Source: Eledone cirrhosa | Lineage: Eukaryota | Assembly (NCBI GenBank): GCA_964016885.1 | Contig: OZ024754.1 | Span: forward strand, 34,720,001-34,784,000 | DNA: 64,000 bases | Direction: 5' to 3' | Made by a program: the position numbers and the translations under genes | The notes under the pieces: generated by a model | The model's database searches: none | The model's input: only the letters and a program-made list of their open reading frames with translations | What the model was told of the DNA's origin: nothing | Shown here: in pieces, positions 60,298 to 64,000 of the stretch | Position numbering within the stretch: position 1 is the stretch's first letter | Layout: every line of letters begins with the position of its first letter

Positions 60298-60597
60298 CAG
60301 GGACATGCAACAGGCGGCCCGCCAGACCAGTCAGAGTGGCCCGCGATGATCGTTTTTAATTTTTATCGTGTAGGCTTATTTAGAATTTTTTTCGTAACCG
60401 TAATACAATTTTCTATTAGTTGACCTATACTAAAGGGCTTCACTGATAGGGTTGTGTGTGTTATGATTTCCCAGTTCCATGTTATCGAAAGAAGTTGTGG
60501 TGAATCTTTGGAATAGTGCTTAATAAATATTAATGGCCCTAATAGTTGTTCCAATGTTCAAAAGTGGCCCACCAATGGAATATGTTGCACACCCCTG
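60298..60597. mobile_element. hAT-type MITE (300 bp) with 8-bp TSD
   Basis: TIRs CAGGGACATGCAAC / GTTGCACACCCCTG, subterminal GGCCCGC; TSD TTCTACAA (60290-60297) and CTCTACAA (60598-60605). Confidence 0.85.
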
Positions 60598-60674
60598 CTC
60601 TACAAGATTCATTAATACCCAATAAAACAACACAACTCACACAACATATACTCTACATTAATATAAGTACTTAC

Positions 60675-60783
60675 TGACACCCAAAACTCCTCCATCTGAG
60701 CAATTAGTTACTGTTTCTGGTAAAGGAGGTTGAGGGAAGAGACAGCGATAACATGGACCACCTTCATGGTTATAAACAGTCAA
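60675..60783 (-). CDS. MOCS3: MOCS3 exon with the first Zn-binding CxxC
   Basis: ttccag|TTG...GTCA|gtaagt; [36 protein letters not shown]. Confidence 0.96.
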
Positions 60784-60919
60784 CTGGAAAAAAAAAAAAA
60801 TTCTGCAAATGTCAATGGGTTCAATGCTGTCCTGTATGTATAAAAAAATAATTATCTAAGCACCTTTATTTAGCTATGTTATAAATACCAACTCAGTAAT
60901 AAGAAAGTTCAGTAATGTT

Positions 60920-61270
60920 CTGGGTAATTGCTGGCCTTGTGCCAAAAGTAGAAACAATTATTAAATCCACCGAGGTTAACTTTGCTTTTCATCCTTACTG
61001 GGGTCGATAAAATAAAGTACCAGTAATGCACTGGAATAATTGCTGGCTTTGTGCCAAAAGTAGAAACAATTATTAAATCCCTCTGTGGTGGATTGGCAGA
61101 ATCAGTGGAGCGTCAGACACCATGCTTTGCAGCATAGTGTTATGGCCCTTTACGTACTGAGTTCAAATCCCACCGAGGTTAACTTTGCCTTTCATCCTTA
61201 CAGGGTCGATAAAATAAAGTATCAGTAATTCACTGGGGTAATTGCTGGCCTTGTGCCAAAAGTAGAAACA
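60920..61270 (+). mobile_element. Tandem SINE family B copies
   Basis: Repeated gctggccttgtgccaaaagtagaaaca tails and two cores. Confidence 0.85.
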
Positions 61271-61776
61271 TGGTAATTTATATTTACTATTATATTTTCA
61301 TGATTATTTCACATAATATCGAATCTAAGATTTTGATATTATTTATTTTGAGAACACTACCTTAACATAAGTATGAGCAGCTGGTTATGGCTAGTTTAAC
61401 AGAAAGAGGTGAGAGAATTCTGGCTGGATATGGCCGGTTTAAATGCTAAAGAGTTAAACTTGTTCCACTTATAATGTAACAGTTCAAAACGTTTAAGGTC
61501 AATCATATTTCTAAATTTTTATAGATAAGCGAGATGCAGATCCCTCGGACTATCTGGGAGGTCAGTAGCCTTGCTTTAGTCCTGACTTCAAAGCAGATGT
61601 TAAACATACACTTTATTTTTTAAACAGTCATATTTACATAAACACACACACGAGGAATTAACATCACTGCTGGTGCTGGTGGTGGTGATGTCGAGTATAA
61701 TTAATATCGTGAGATAAAATCAAATACTAGGAAAATAAAACAGGGGGTGAAGAGGTAGAGTGGAGAAGATACTTAC

Positions 61777-61894
61777 CTGTCCTTCAAATCGCAGAGCACT
61801 GCCAGAAACAAGAGGCTTGCCAGAGATGACACAGGCATCATTAACTAGGTATCGTGTAGCCACATTATCTGAGGCATCTACTACAATGTCATAA
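61777..61894 (-). CDS. MOCS3: MOCS3 exon
   Basis: [39 protein letters not shown]|gtaagt. The frame-compatible acceptor is the non-canonical tctttaacttagctgtg|T. Confidence 0.93.
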
Positions 61895-62717
61895 CACAGC
61901 TAAGTTAAAGATTATAGCTTGATAGTGTGGATAATGTGAACTCTGTAGTGTGGGTAGCAGTGTAGTGTAGAGAGCAGAGATTTGTGACATGAATATGAAA
62001 CTGTCAGCAATTTTTTAATGTATCAGACTGAGGAAGAAGGATAGTGCCCATAGCCTTTTTTCAGGACCTCTCAAACTGAGATTGAGAGGAGAAAGAAGAA
62101 GTGGTTATACCCTGACTCAACACAGGTCCTCTCTGAAACTGTGAATGGGAAGAGGAAGAGGTGGTTATCCCCTGACTGGAATTCTGGCTTGTATGTCTAC
62201 AACAGAGTGGATTCCAGTGAAAGTACTCAAGAGACAGATTTTGGTAGTAAACATTAAACAGGACAACAGATTAAGTCCACCCCACCCAACAGTACAATTT
62301 CTGCCTGTGGAACTAAGGCTACAGTAGAATATATTTGCTGTAGGTGCTGTGCAGTGGGATTTAACATGAAACTAGATAGTTGTGAAGCAAATTCCTTCAC
62401 CATATAGCCATGGTAGAAGAAGCAAGCTGTGGGAATATTCTCTTTTTCAGATTAGCAAAACCAAATTGTAGGAGACCCAAGGGTAGACCTCGAGCAAGAT
62501 GGATGGATAACATCCATGAGCTTGGCTGGTCTCTCTTGGGGATCCCACCAAATCAACTGGAGACAGTTGCTTCTAACTAACTGGAAGGAGTGTTTGAGGA
62601 CTCTGCTCCCAACGAACCTCGCAGTAATAAGTGGACGAAGAAAAAGCATAGATGGTATGCCAGACAAATAGCTAGGGGTACAGTTAGTGAAACAGTCAGA
62701 GACCAGTTAAAGGATAC
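61895..62717 (-). other. U12-type intron of MOCS3 (apparent GT-TG termini)
   Basis: Donor GTATCCTTT; branch-like TCTTTAAC 9 nt before the frame-compatible 3' end; no polypyrimidine tract. Confidence 0.8.
62450..62630 (+). mobile_element. RTE-like LINE 3' end fragment inside a U12 intron
   Basis: AKPNCRRPKGRPRARWMDNIHELGWS. Confidence 0.75.
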
Positions 62718-62792
62718 TGTTGAATTATTTCAATGGCATTGGTGCTGTTCAACTTTAAGTGATATGGAATATATTGCAGGCTGGAGTTTAGT
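62718..62792 (-). CDS. MOCS3: MOCS3 exon
   Basis: ttttgctag|A...CA|gtatcctttaac; LNSSLQYIPYHLKLNSTNAIEIIQ. Followed by a U12-type donor. Confidence 0.92.
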
Positions 62793-63218
62793 CTAGCAAA
62801 AGAGAAAAATGTTTGAAAAATTCACAAAAGAATAAAAAATAGCGAAAATATTTAGCACATCATTTAGGTAGAATTTTGAAGTTGATGAAAATCAGTAAAA
62901 TATTAACCTTATATAACCCACCATTTTACCATTAACTTTTTGTCATGTATTTTTCGGCTTATATATGAATATATACAGTAATATTAATTTTTAATGTCCT
63001 GTACCACATGAAACCACATTGACAAGACATTCTTAAAAAGTACAATACAGCACTATGACTGTATCACATTAAAATTGAAATCTTAAATATTGCAAATATG
63101 ATTTGTCCATGAGTAAAGATACTATAAACACTTGAATTAACAAACCTGCTTTCAGATATTTTCTGCTAAACTATTATAGGAAGTTAAGAGTTGAAGAAAG
63201 TGAAAAAAAAAATCTTAC

Positions 63219-63339
63219 TGGGCACAGGAAGTTATTAAGGATGCACTTTTGCAGCCACCGACTCTCTTTTCTGCATGAAGAATTTGTCTGTGTAAATTAT
63301 TGAGTTCAACAGTATCATAGTCTATGACACCAAGCTTGC
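63219..63339 (-). CDS. MOCS3: MOCS3 exon
   Basis: ttgcag|GC...CA|gtaaga; [39 protein letters not shown] (the E1-like NLHRQ motif). Confidence 0.95.
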
Positions 63340-63618
63340 CTGCAACAGAACAGAAATGATAGCTTTATGGAAAATACAAATAAAATTAAATGTAATATCT
63401 ATGTATCATCATTGTCGTTATTATTTGACTGTTTTCTAATCTGGCATGGGTTGGACAGGCTGTCACAGTCTGTGATGAGATAGGTTGGAGAGATTTCATT
63501 TTACTGATATTCCATATTTGGCATGGTTTCTATAACTTGATGCTGGCAGAGTCTTTCATTCAAAATATAGTAATGAAATGGGTTAATGAAGTAGAAATAA
63601 ATATATAAACTGGCTTAC

Positions 63619-63711
63619 CAATTCCAGCAGCAGCAAGATAGATTGCTGCAGGACAGCCTAAACCTCCAGCACCGACAATTAAGACACTTGTTTGAAATAA
63701 ATTCTTCTGTC
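63619..63711 (-). CDS. MOCS3: MOCS3/UBA4 exon, ThiF/MoeB nucleotide-binding loop
   Basis: ttcttctag|GA...ATTG|gtaagc; [32 protein letters not shown]. Upstream exons lie beyond the window. Confidence 0.96.
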
Positions 63712-64000
63712 CTAGAAGAAAAAAGAAAAGAAAAAAAAGGAAAAGAGCTGATAGTCAGATAGGTTTAAAGAAACAATGTTTTCATTAGTTTTTCTATCTG
63801 CCAGTCACAACTCCTGGCAGAAGAAAGGAGCTGATTGTCAGGTAAGAGCAAAGAATGTTTCCATTGCTGGTACTAGCTTCTTGCAGAAGTAAAGACTGGT
63901 CATCAGATCAGACCAAGGAAATAATGTTTCTATTGGTCTTTCCATTGTTGGTACCATTAGCAATATGACATATAGTATTTTGCTGAAGAACATCACTGCC

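Overview
AT-rich animal genomic DNA. The SINE families and very long (TA)n tracts suggest a coleoid cephalopod such as Octopus, which is an inference. Two genes converge. On + is the 3' end of a MARK/PAR-1 kinase gene: a spacer exon at 11950-12177 and the terminal KA1-domain exon at 46251-46596, separated by a 34 kb intron. On - are ten exons of MOCS3/UBA4 (63711 down to 55479), which splice into one open frame. The rest is SINEs, RTE and HERO LINE fragments, a decayed Tc1/mariner transposase, MITEs, minisatellites and a ~7 kb (TA)n field. Best leads: (1) an in-frame candidate alternative last exon of MARK ending in a Cys cluster plus CSIL-stop, a CaaX box that would replace the KA1 membrane-binding domain; (2) three U12 (minor-spliceosome) introns in MOCS3, one apparently GT-TG; (3) phase-2 symmetric candidate microexons in the last MARK intron; (4) fold-back elements inside microsatellites that carry minimal hammerhead-ribozyme cores. 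Most of the supplied ORF track is repeat translation.
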